In this document: positions 17,553 to 25,986 of the stretch, in pieces
Position numbering within the stretch: position 1 is the first letter of the stretch
How the letters are laid out: each line of letters opens with the position of its first letter
NCBI GenBank assembly: GCA_963835965.1
Contig: CAWIHQ010000004.1
Span: forward strand, 151,921 to 215,920
Length of the DNA: 64,000 bases
Origin: an uncultured Actinomycetes bacterium
GTDB lineage: Bacteria; Actinomycetota; Thermoleophilia; Gaiellales; Gaiellaceae
Direction of reading: 5' to 3'
Translations under genes and position numbers: made by a program
The notes under the pieces: generated by a model
Databases searched by the model: none
The model's input: the letters and a program-made list of their open reading frames with translations, nothing else
What the model was told of the DNA's origin: nothing

Positions 17553-20197
17553 GCGTCGCGGCGGCAGCCACGGTCGAGGCGACCGACGTCATCCTCCGCG
17601 ACGGATCGACGCTCCGGCTGAGAGCGCCGGCCGCGGAGGATGCCGACGCGCTGCTCGAGTTCTTCTCGGGCCTCTCCGACCACAGCCGCTACCTCCGCTT
17701 CCACGGCTTTCCCGCGCTCGGCCCGAAGCTCGTCGAGCCCCTGCTCGTGCCCGACTGGCAGGAGCGGGGCGCGCTGCTCGGGTCGCTCGACGGCCGCATC
17801 GTGGCCGTTGCGAACTGGTTCCGGCTGCGCGACCCGCGTGCCGCGGAGGTGGCCTTCACAGTCGGCGACGAGTTCCAACGGCGCGGAATCGGAACGCGCC
17901 TGCTCGAGCAGCTGGCGGCCCGGGCCTCGGAGGCCGGAATCGAGGAGTTCGTCGCCGAAGTCCTGCACGACAACGCCACGATGCTCCACGTCTTCCGCGA
18001 TGCCGGCTTCGCGGTCACACGCGCCGGCGAAGGCGGGGAACTCGAGATCCGTTTCGCGATCGCGCCGACCGACGCCTATCGCGAGCACGTCGCCGAGCGG
18101 GACCACGTCGCCGTGCGGGCCTCGCTCGAGCCGTTCTTCCAGCCGCGCTCCGTCGCCGTCGTCGGCGCCTCGAAGCGCCGCGGCTCGATCGGCGGTGAGC
18201 TCTTCCGCAACATCCTCACCGGTGACTTCGCCGGCTCCGTGTACCCGGTGAACCGGAAGGGCGACTCCGTCGCCGGCGTACACGGCTACGGCACGGTGGG
18301 GGAGATCGCAGAGGCCGTCGACCTCGCCGTCATCTGCCTCCCGGGAGAGCTTGTGCTGGACGCGGCAGAAGAGGCGCTCGCGGCGGGCGTTCGCGCGCTC
18401 GTCGTCATCTCGGCGGGCTTCGCCGAGACGGGCAGCGAAGGGACGGAGCGGCAGGAGCGGCTGCTCGAGCTCGTCCGCGCTCACGGCGCGCGCCTCCTCG
18501 GCCCGAACTGCCTCGGCATCGCCTCCACGGCCGTTCATCTCAACGCGACCTTCGCGCCGCGCAGCTTCCCCGCCGGCAAGATCGGCTTTTCCTCCCAGAG
18601 CGGTGCGCTCGGGCTCGCGTTGCTCGAGCGCGCGGAAGCGAGCGGCCTCGGCGTCACCTCCTTCGTCTCGATCGGCAACAAGGCGGACGTCTCGTCGAAC
18701 GACCTGCTCGAGTGGTGGGAGGATGATGACGCGACCGAGCTCGTCGTCCTCTACCTCGAGTCCTTCGGCAATCCACGCGCGTTCGCGCGGATCGCGCGCC
18801 GGCTCGCACGCCGCAAGCCGATCCTCGCACTGAAGGGCGGAACGACGCGCGCCGGCATCCGGGCGGCGGGATCGCACACCGCCGCGCTCGCCGGCTCGGA
18901 CGCCGCGGCCGACGCGCTCTTTGCGCATGCGGGCGTGATCCGGGCACGCACGCTCGACGAGCTGATCGACGTAGCGGCCCTCCTCTCGGCTCAGCCCGTG
19001 CCGCGCGGCCGGCGAGTCGCCGTCGTCACGAATGCCGGCGGTCTGGGAATCCTCGCTGCGGACGCATGCGAGGCGCTCGGCCTCGAGTTGCCGCCGCCGA
19101 GCGACGAGACGCGCACCGCGCTCGCCGCGTTCATGCCGGCCGAGGGGAGCGCCGCGAACCCGATCGACATGCTCGGTGGAGCGAACGCCGAGAGTTTCGA
19201 GAAGGCGCTTCCACCGGTTCTCGCCGATCCCGCGTTCGACGCCGCGATCGTCCTCTTCGTTCCGACGGTCGGTACGGACGAGGAGGTGGTCGGTGCCGCG
19301 ATCAGCCGAACTGCAGCGGCAGCCGTCGACAAGCCTGTCCTGTGCGCGTTCCTCAGCGCGAAGGGCGCTCCCGTCTCATTGCAGAGCGTGGCGCATGTGC
19401 CGTCCTTCGCCTATCCCGAGGCCGCCGCGAAGGCGCTCGCGAGAGCGGTCGAGCGCGGTGAATGGCTCCGACAGCCGGCGGGCACGGTCGCCGAGCTCGA
19501 GTGCGACCGCGACGAAGCGCAGGCCGTCGTGGGGGAGGCGGTCGCCGCGGGCGGGGGCTGGCTCGATCCCGGACAAACGCGCCGGCTGCTCGAGGCCTAC
19601 GGCGTTCCGCTCGTGCCCGAGCGCGTCGCGGCCACGACGCTGGAAGCGGTCGAGGCGGCGACCGAGCTCGGCTTCCCGGTCGTGCTCAAGACGGCTGCAC
19701 CCGGCGCGCACAAGACCGAGCAGGGCGGGATCGCTCTCGACCTCGCCGACGAGGAAGCCGTCGTCGAGGCGGCCGAGCGGATCGGTCCTCCGTTCGTCGT
19801 CCAGCCGTTCGTCCGCGGCGGTGCCGAGCTGCTCGCGGGTGCCGTGCAGGATCCTGTTTTCGGTCCGCTCGTCGCGTTCGGGCCCGGCGGTGTCCTGGCC
19901 GAGCTGATCGGGGAGGCGCAGTTCCGGCTGGCGCCGCTCACCGACCGCGACGCCGGCGAGCTCGTTCGCTCCGGCAAGGCCGGCCGGCTCGTGGCCGGCT
20001 TCCGAGGAACGCCGCCCGCCGACCAACAGGCGCTCGTGGACCTTCTCCTGGGCCTCTCGCGGCTCGTCGAGGAACTGCCCGAGGTCGTAGAACTCGACCT
20101 GAATCCCGTGCTGGCGCTCCCGGACGGCTGCCTTGCCGTCGATGCCAGGGTGCGCGTCGCGGAGCAGGGGCACGCGCATCGCACGAAGAGCTGGTAG
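17549..20197 (+). CDS. Pat-type protein acetyltransferase: N-terminal GNAT fused to an NDP-forming acyl-CoA synthetase-like region (CoA-binding, ligase-CoA, ATP-grasp)
   Basis: GNAT motif A QRRGIGTRLLEQL. Then PRSVAVVGASKRRGSIGG (CoA-binding), LLGPNCLGI, and a C-terminal ATP-grasp-like region (EAYGVPLV...GFPVVLK). GTG at 17549 overlaps the USP stop (GTGA). Confidence 0.85.
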   Translation: MSVAAAATVEATDVILRDGSTLRLRAPAAEDADALLEFFSGLSDHSRYLRFHGFPALGPKLVEPLLVPDWQERGALLGSLDGRIVAVANWFRLRDPRAAEVAFTVGDEFQRRGIGTRLLEQLAARASEAGIEEFVAEVLHDNATMLHVFRDAGFAVTRAGEGGELEIRFAIAPTDAYREHVAERDHVAVRASLEPFFQPRSVAVVGASKRRGSIGGELFRNILTGDFAGSVYPVNRKGDSVAGVHGYGTVGEIAEAVDLAVICLPGELVLDAAEEALAAGVRALVVISAGFAETGSEGTERQERLLELVRAHGARLLGPNCLGIASTAVHLNATFAPRSFPAGKIGFSSQSGALGLALLERAEASGLGVTSFVSIGNKADVSSNDLLEWWEDDDATELVVLYLESFGNPRAFARIARRLARRKPILALKGGTTRAGIRAAGSHTAALAGSDAAADALFAHAGVIRARTLDELIDVAALLSAQPVPRGRRVAVVTNAGGLGILAADACEALGLELPPPSDETRTALAAFMPAEGSAANPIDMLGGANAESFEKALPPVLADPAFDAAIVLFVPTVGTDEEVVGAAISRTAAAAVDKPVLCAFLSAKGAPVSLQSVAHVPSFAYPEAAAKALARAVERGEWLRQPAGTVAELECDRDEAQAVVGEAVAAGGGWLDPGQTRRLLEAYGVPLVPERVAATTLEAVEAATELGFPVVLKTAAPGAHKTEQGGIALDLADEEAVVEAAERIGPPFVVQPFVRGGAELLAGAVQDPVFGPLVAFGPGGVLAELIGEAQFRLAPLTDRDAGELVRSGKAGRLVAGFRGTPPADQQALVDLLLGLSRLVEELPEVVELDLNPVLALPDGCLAVDARVRVAEQGHAHRTKSW

Positions 20198-20252
20198 CGG
20201 GAACGTCGCTTATCTGCACCTTGGACGGCGCGGGTGTGGTCGAGTGCTCACG

Positions 20253-20516
20253 CTAACCGCCGCTGATGGCGGCGATGACGTCGAGGCGCGAGCGCTCCGC
20301 GACGGGCGTTTCCAGCCCGGCCCGCTCGCCGTCGACGTAGGCATGGATGTGCGACCGCAGGGTCGGGCCTTCCGCGACCAGGCGGTCGCGGAGGCCCGGC
20401 CACTGCTGTTCGAGCGAGTCGATCGCAGCAAGCACGGTTGGGGCCTCGACCTCGAGTCGGCGTGGCAGCCCGGGGAAGAGCGGCGTCAGCGTTCCGGGAA
20501 GCCTGACGTCCGCCAC
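20253..20516 (-). CDS. MoaD/ThiS-family ubiquitin-like sulfur-carrier-type protein (C-terminal GG)
   Basis: 87 aa ending ...DVIAAISGG. Beta-grasp size. 1 nt downstream of the BNR gene stop. Confidence 0.75.
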   Translation of the reverse strand: MADVRLPGTLTPLFPGLPRRLEVEAPTVLAAIDSLEQQWPGLRDRLVAEGPTLRSHIHAYVDGERAGLETPVAERSRLDVIAAISGG

Positions 20517-20517
20517 G

Positions 20518-21591
20518 TCAGTCGAGGATGGCCACGTCGACCGAGGAGATCGAGGGCAGGTAGCTCGCGATCTCGCTCCACGTATCGCCCTCGTCCGCGC
20601 TCGCGAAGATCTGCCCGGTGCTCGTGCCGAAGTAGACGCCGGGGACGTCGTGCGAGTCGATCGTCATCCCCTGCCGCAGCACACCGAGGTGCGCGTTCAC
20701 CTGCGGCAGGCCGTCGCGCATCGGCTGCCAGCTCGAGCCGGCGTCGCGCGTGCGCCAGACGGTTGCCTTGCCCTCGTGCATCGTCCGCCCGTGGCCGCCA
20801 TCGACCGGGATGACGTAGAACGTCTCTGTGTCGTGGGGATGGACGACCGCCGCGAAGCCGAAGTCGCCCGGCAGGCCTTCGGTGATCTCGGTCCACGACA
20901 GGCCGGCGTCGTCCGAGCGGTGCATGCCCACGTGGTTCTGCTGGTACATGCGCTGCGGGTCGGCCGAGCGCACGAGCTTGTGCACGCAAAAGCCGACGTC
21001 GTCGTAGTCGGCCGGCCAGTCGCGGCGCAGGCCCTTGTTGCGCGGCGTCCACGACGAGCCGCCGTCCTCCGTCTCGAATGCGCCGACTCCCTGCACGATC
21101 GTGAAGAAGCTGTCGGAGTCGCCCGGGTCGGTGACGAAGCCCGAAATCCCGAGGTGCCCGGGCGGCTGGTTGGCCGGATCGTCCCAAGCCTCGCTTCCGT
21201 GCTGGCCTGACAGGGTCGACAGGAGCGACCAGGTCTTGGCGTTGTCGCGGCTCTCGAAGATCCCCGGCGCCTCGACGCCGACGAGCAGGCGGTCGCCGGC
21301 GCGCGCGAGCGTCGACACCTTCGAGATCTTGCGTCCGTCCTCGTCGCCGTAGGAGAGGCCTTCGCTCGACATCTCCCACGTCTCGCCAAGATCGGCGCTG
21401 CGCCAGACGGCGGAGCCGTGCCACTCGCTCGCGGCGGCCGCGTAGATCTCGCCGGTGGTCGGGTCGTAGATGGCGTGAAAGACGGGCCATCCCTCGCAGT
21501 ACGGGCCGCGCAGCGTCCAGTCGCGGCGGTCGTCGCTCTCGAGCACGAACGTGCCCTTGCGGGTCGCGACGGTCAGCATTGTCTTCGGCAT
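20518..21591 (-). CDS. BNR/Asp-box repeat beta-propeller protein (sialidase-fold, function unknown)
   Basis: Repeated S.D.G.(T/S)W units (SADLGETW, SRDNAKTW, TEDGGSSW, SDDAGLSW, TRDAGSSW, SADEGDTW). ATG at 21591. Confidence 0.7.
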   Translation of the reverse strand: MPKTMLTVATRKGTFVLESDDRRDWTLRGPYCEGWPVFHAIYDPTTGEIYAAAASEWHGSAVWRSADLGETWEMSSEGLSYGDEDGRKISKVSTLARAGDRLLVGVEAPGIFESRDNAKTWSLLSTLSGQHGSEAWDDPANQPPGHLGISGFVTDPGDSDSFFTIVQGVGAFETEDGGSSWTPRNKGLRRDWPADYDDVGFCVHKLVRSADPQRMYQQNHVGMHRSDDAGLSWTEITEGLPGDFGFAAVVHPHDTETFYVIPVDGGHGRTMHEGKATVWRTRDAGSSWQPMRDGLPQVNAHLGVLRQGMTIDSHDVPGVYFGTSTGQIFASADEGDTWSEIASYLPSISSVDVAILD

Positions 21592-21986
21592 CGATTCGCT
21601 CCTCAGCGGTCGCGGGACTGGTCGAGAGTGTTGCCGATCGGCCACTCTCTCGGGAAGAGACTGCGCGGCCGCCGGAAACTCATCGCCACCGGCGGCCGCT
21701 GTCACGAGGCACTGGTCAGCCGGCGAGAGGCTTCCCGGTCTCCAGGAGGGTTTTGAGGCCGCGGGATGGCTGCTGAGGACGGGGGCCGGGCCTGATTTGG
21801 CTGGGCTAGGGCGCTTGCGGATTCCCAAACGGCTGGCTGCTTGTCTGTTGGTCCGCAGCTAGGGCTGGCCGCTGGAGACGGTCGATGGGCTTGAGCGTGC
21901 ACGTCCGCAGTCTTCAACCGGTGTTCAGAAACTGCCTATTTGCAGGGTGTTTGTACCGTCCGGCGCGGCTGCTTACATGAGTTGCC

Positions 21987-22928
21987 GTGTTCCTCAGCCG
22001 ATTCGCAGATCCGACCCCCAGTAACCGCCCGAACCTGAGCTTCCGGCAGGAGCTCACTGCGACAGGCGCGCTCAAGGATGAGTGGAGCTTTGTTTGGGAC
22101 GACGCGCTGCGGTCGAACATCGCGGCGACCCTCCAGGACGTGGAGTTCGATGTCTACCTCGTGAACCGGTACAACGTCTTCTGGACGCCGCGCGCGATGA
22201 AGTTCAAGCACGCGATCGTCCAGGCGGCATCGGTCGCGGAGGCCGTCCTCGATTACATGCTCCGGATGGTCGAGGACGACCCGCGAGCGCAGAAGGAGCT
22301 TGGCTCGAAGTGGACGCTGCGGGACTTCGCGAAGGTCCCGATGCCCGGCGTGGACTTGCCGGAGGGAGTACGCGTCGTCTCCGGCACCCAGGAGCAGATT
22401 CCGAACGTCCTCGACCGGAATACGAAGATGCAGCTGCTGATACGAGCGGCCCGCGCGGTCGAGATCGTCGACGAAGATCTCGCCAAGGAACTGGACACGC
22501 TCCGCGACCTCAGGAACCGCATCCACATCAAGACCCTCACGGACCCTGAGTACGACGCGTACGAGCCGAAGATGGCGAACGATGCGCTCGACGTTCTCGC
22601 ACGCTTCCGCGATGTTGCTCTCCAGTGGACCGTAGAAACGCGGGCGGCGGAACTGCGCGAGCCCGTGCTGTCCAACGACCTCACGAGCCAGGTCAGGTCT
22701 GCGCACGCGAACCGCGACGACAACACCGAGTTCGACGTGGCCGCGGCGCTGGCGGTCGATGACCTGGTGGTTCACTCGACCCTCGGCGAAGGGCTGGTCG
22801 TCGCCGTCGAGGGCGAAATCGTCTCTGTGCGCTTCTTCGGCGACGGCGCCGTTCGTCGGTTGATGCTCCCTTACGCCCCGATGTACAAGACCGGGGTGTT
22901 CAGGGCCGACGACGACATCCCGTTCTAG
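21987..22928 (+). CDS. Hypothetical protein: HEPN-like helical domain (RDLRNRIH) fused to a C-terminal PcrA/UvrD-type Tudor-like domain
   Basis: 313-aa ORF from GTG 21987 with coherent protein-like sequence. ...LAKELDTLRDLRNRIHIK... fits Rx4-6H. The C-terminus DDLVVHSTLGEGLVVAVEGEIVSVRFFGDGAVRRLMLPYAPM resembles the helicase C-terminal Tudor motif G..V.H..FGEG.V..V.G....V.F...G.K.L.L.YAPL. Confidence 0.6.
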   Translation: MFLSRFADPTPSNRPNLSFRQELTATGALKDEWSFVWDDALRSNIAATLQDVEFDVYLVNRYNVFWTPRAMKFKHAIVQAASVAEAVLDYMLRMVEDDPRAQKELGSKWTLRDFAKVPMPGVDLPEGVRVVSGTQEQIPNVLDRNTKMQLLIRAARAVEIVDEDLAKELDTLRDLRNRIHIKTLTDPEYDAYEPKMANDALDVLARFRDVALQWTVETRAAELREPVLSNDLTSQVRSAHANRDDNTEFDVAAALAVDDLVVHSTLGEGLVVAVEGEIVSVRFFGDGAVRRLMLPYAPMYKTGVFRADDDIPF

Positions 22929-22929
22929 G

Positions 22930-23427
22930 TTGGCCACGAACGTTGTCTCCTTGCTCGTGGTCGCGCTCGGCGGCGGGATCGTCGCAGCGTTGTTGGGATC
23001 GTGGTTCGACCGGCTCTCGGCGCTGGAGGTCGCTCGACTAGTGGTGCAGGCGGAACTCATGGCCAACCTTGCGGCGCACCACGCATTCGCAGCCCTCGGA
23101 CCCGGCGACGAAGCACCGCATGTCCAGTACTCGACCAGCGGATGGCTCACCCACAGGGACAGGCTGGCCATCAGAGCGCAGCGTTTCCCGGACGTTTGGC
23201 AGGCGCTCACCAACTTCTACGCGCTTGTGCTGGCGCTGCCCTATGACAGCAGTCCGCTCGACGAGGACAGCGAGACGCAGGCGAGCTACGCCGTCGCGAA
23301 CCTCGACGTGCTGGAGCCGAGCACTCTGGAGCTCGTCCGGTGTATGGGCCACGACGCGCTTGGGCGATCTGGCGTGAGCGGCGCCGCGCGAGGGCCGCTC
23401 ACGCTAAAGGAACTGGCTGCTGACTAA
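22930..23427 (+). CDS. Small single-pass membrane protein, co-oriented and abutting the preceding gene
   Basis: TTG at 22930, 1 nt after the upstream TAG. N-terminal TM helix VVSLLVVALGGGIVAALLGSWF followed by a helical domain. Confidence 0.5.
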   Translation: MATNVVSLLVVALGGGIVAALLGSWFDRLSALEVARLVVQAELMANLAAHHAFAALGPGDEAPHVQYSTSGWLTHRDRLAIRAQRFPDVWQALTNFYALVLALPYDSSPLDEDSETQASYAVANLDVLEPSTLELVRCMGHDALGRSGVSGAARGPLTLKELAAD

Positions 23428-23535
23428 GCGGAAGGTCCGACCATTGGCTGCCCAACTTCCAGCAGCGTCTTGGGGCAGGTCGGGCCGGGTCGCGTCAGCG
23501 CCCGGGCGTTCGGATCGCCGCCCGGCCGGAAGCCC

Positions 23536-24153
23536 TCACCACGGGCTCTTCCCGACGAGGGACTTTGCTTCGGTCGCAATCGCCGTATCCACTTTCGCGC
23601 CGAGCTCCTCGACGAAGGCCCTCCAATCGAGGGCGTTCTGCTTGTAGAAGTCGGGAGGCGCCTTTCCCGTATCCACGATCTGCCCACGCTCTTCAACAAG
23701 CCTGTCTAGCTTCTCCTTGTCGTCGTCGGATAGATCGCAGAACGGGTCAACGCCCACGCGCTCGAAGAGACCGGCGACGGTTTTGACATCCGCTGACAGG
23801 ACGCCGAAGTCGCGGGCCTTCTCAGCGTCGCCCTTGGCCCGGGCTCGAACCATTTGGACCCAAAGTTCCCGCCACCCAGGGTGGACAACGAGATCCCATG
23901 CCGTCGGCGGCGGCTGCATCTTCATCAGCCAGTCTCGAACGCTCGCTGGGACGTTGCCCTCCCCGATTTGCTCTGCAAGCGCTGTTGTGACCTCGACGGC
24001 CACCTCCTCCACGTAGTTCTCCCACACTGCATATGAGAGCGCTACGGAGGCGACAAAGAGCGACTGCTCCTTCTTCGAGGGCTTGCCAACGCCCGACTTC
24101 GCAAAGCTCAGCACGTCATCGACCGCCTTGAGGCCGCCCCGCAAATCCTTCAA
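23536..24153 (-). CDS. Hypothetical protein with a RiboL-PSP/MAE_28990-type HEPN-like layout (Asp in place of the motif His)
   Basis: 205 aa. The N-terminal helix FVASVALSYAVWENYVEEVAVEV resembles the (A)HWEGF(V/I)K helix of these HEPN families. The C-terminal LDRLVEERGQIVDTG sits where L..L...RN.IAHG is expected. TTG at 24153 is the first possible start. Confidence 0.55.
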   Translation of the reverse strand: MKDLRGGLKAVDDVLSFAKSGVGKPSKKEQSLFVASVALSYAVWENYVEEVAVEVTTALAEQIGEGNVPASVRDWLMKMQPPPTAWDLVVHPGWRELWVQMVRARAKGDAEKARDFGVLSADVKTVAGLFERVGVDPFCDLSDDDKEKLDRLVEERGQIVDTGKAPPDFYKQNALDWRAFVEELGAKVDTAIATEAKSLVGKSPW

Positions 24154-24293
24154 TGCGTTGCTACGGCGATGGTGTGAAGCATGTCAGGGCTTACGACCAC
24201 CTAACCGCCTCTGCTCACGAAAAGGGCGGCTCGTCGCCGCCCCGTTCGACCCGTTCAGGTGTGCGCTACGCCGCGGGGCTAGCTCAGTCTGGA

Positions 24294-24794
24294 TCAGTCA
24301 TCGCACGTCATTTTTAGAGGTTTCAGACCGCTGAGGACGTACATCCAGCCGCCGGCGACGCTTTCCGCCGTCTTCGGCGCGCCCTCGAGTTGGTCGTGCA
24401 CGACGGTGAGCCTGGTGATGCCGCCGTCCTGGGGCTCGATCTCCCAGGTGACGCGGCTCTCCGCCTCCGCCGCCAGATCGGGGTCGTAACCCGCCGTCCA
24501 GCCGTGCACGAGCCTGCGCGGGGGATCGGCCTCGTACACCTCCTCGTCCCACTCGGCATCCCCGATCGCCGAGAAACGGCGGCCGTCGCGCACCTCGATG
24601 CGGGCGCCGAAGAAGTACTGCCGGGTGAACTCCGCCTGCGTGATCGCGTTCCAGACCTGCTCGGGTGTGGCGCGGATGAAGACGGAGTAGACCTGCGTCG
24701 TCTGTGCCAGCCCAGGGCCGCCGCTTGCGACGGCCCGGTCTTCCCGCTGGGCGTCCGCGGCTTTGCCGCCGACGTTTCCTGCAATGGTAGTCAT
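24294..24794 (-). CDS. SRPBCC/AHSA1-family protein
   Basis: YSVFIRATPEQVWNAITQAEFTRQYFFG..., RLVHGW..., TRLTVVHDQLEGAP...GGWMYVLSGLK. ATG at 24794 overlaps the arsR stop. Confidence 0.8.
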   Translation of the reverse strand: MTTIAGNVGGKAADAQREDRAVASGGPGLAQTTQVYSVFIRATPEQVWNAITQAEFTRQYFFGARIEVRDGRRFSAIGDAEWDEEVYEADPPRRLVHGWTAGYDPDLAAEAESRVTWEIEPQDGGITRLTVVHDQLEGAPKTAESVAGGWMYVLSGLKPLKMTCDD

Positions 24795-25108
24795 GCGGTG
24801 TCCTCCAGTTCGTGCTTGAGATCCGCGAGCGCCGCCACGCGGTGCTCGGTGTACTTGTCGATCCACCGGTCGTGGATGAGCCGGATCGGAACCGGGTTCA
24901 GGAAGTGGAGCTTCTCCCGGCCCTCCCGTCGGGTGACGACGAGCCCGGCTTCCTCGAGCACGCGCAGATGCTTCATCACACCGAAGCGGGTCATCTCCAG
25001 CTCGGACTCGAGCTCCGTGAGCGTGCGGCCGTCGCGCTCGAAGAGCTGGTCGAGCAAGTGACGCCGCGTCGGATCGGCGAGCGCCTTGAAGACCTGGTCG
25101 TCGTCCAC
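24791..25108 (-). CDS. ArsR/SmtB-family transcriptional regulator
   Basis: FKALADPTRRHLLDQL...RTLTELESELEMTRFGVMKHLRVLEEAGLV. This is the typical ArsR + SRPBCC gene pair. Confidence 0.85.
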   Translation of the reverse strand: MDDDQVFKALADPTRRHLLDQLFERDGRTLTELESELEMTRFGVMKHLRVLEEAGLVVTRREGREKLHFLNPVPIRLIHDRWIDKYTEHRVAALADLKHELEDTA

Positions 25109-25309
25109 CTTCTGGAGATTACGTGACCAAAGGCGATTTCCTTGACGGTAGGTAGTTCAGCGGCTATTCTTGGAGGGAGCAGGGGGCGGTGCTGAGGTTG
25201 GGTTAGTGTGACGAGTGCTCGAAGGAAGGGGAGGCCCTGCTGGTGTACTGTCGTGTAGCGTGTCTCGACTCGATCTCCCGACTCCTCGACTCTCGATCTC
25301 CTCTCATCC

Positions 25310-25986
25310 GTGATCGGGAGGTGAAATCGACGGCCACGACATCTCCATGACCTTGTCGTGTCTCGCGGGTCGCCGCGTCCCCGCTTCGGGAACTCGCTCG
25401 GACGCCTGCGAGCGTCGGGTGGAACTCCGGAATACGGATCGCAGTAGATGCGCCCTGGCTCTCGTTCGTCCCGCGCTTATCGTCCCATTCGAGCTTGCGC
25501 CCCTCGTCCGCTTTCGCGTGCCGGTCGGCGAGACCTTCGGCGTCTGGAAGAGAGGGCTGAGCGGAACATCGCCTGCGTAGCGGGCGGCATTGAGGTAGAA
25601 GGCGATCGCCTTCCGCGCTGTGTCGCCCGCACCCCGTATTCGGCGAACACCTCCAACAGCTGTCCCGTGGTCGCGTTCTCCTTGCCAAGCTAGACGGCTT
25701 CGGGGTAGTGCTCGCGGAGGACGCGTGCCAGCACCGTCTGCCGCTCGGACTTCGAGCCATGACGAACTCATGCAAGATCGGGAGCGCGGCCCGTCCGCGT
25801 CGATGAAGCGAGCGAGCGCATTCCCGCGATGTACTGCGTCTGCGCCGCGCCCGACATTCCCAGGAGGAATGAGCGATCGATGCGCTTCGGGATGCCCTTC
25901 TCCTTCATCAGATCCGCCTGGTTCAGGAAGGTCTTGTACGCGAAGTACGGGGGCGCCTGCTTGGAACTATCCGTGGCTGTCTCCAT
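25310..25986 (-). pseudogene. DUF5343-like gene, disrupted by frameshifts and a stop
   Basis: Frame 1: METATDSSKQAPPYFAYKTFLNQADLMKEKGIPKRIDRSFLLGMSGAAQTQYIAGMRSLA. It continues in other frames (RQTVLARVLREHYPEAV*, ..ATTGQLLEVFAEYGV.., ..ARKAIAFYLNAARYAGDVPLSPLF). Family call is from memory. Confidence 0.5.

Noticed and set aside
24266-24290. tRNA-like 5' fragment (gcggggctagctcagtctggatcag) at the right edge of the HEPN-like module
   Set aside because: It resembles an acceptor stem plus D-arm, but the D-stem does not close and no anticodon or T arm follows. The sequence runs straight into the 3' end of the SRPBCC gene. It is too short to call, although it might be an old tRNA/att remnant.
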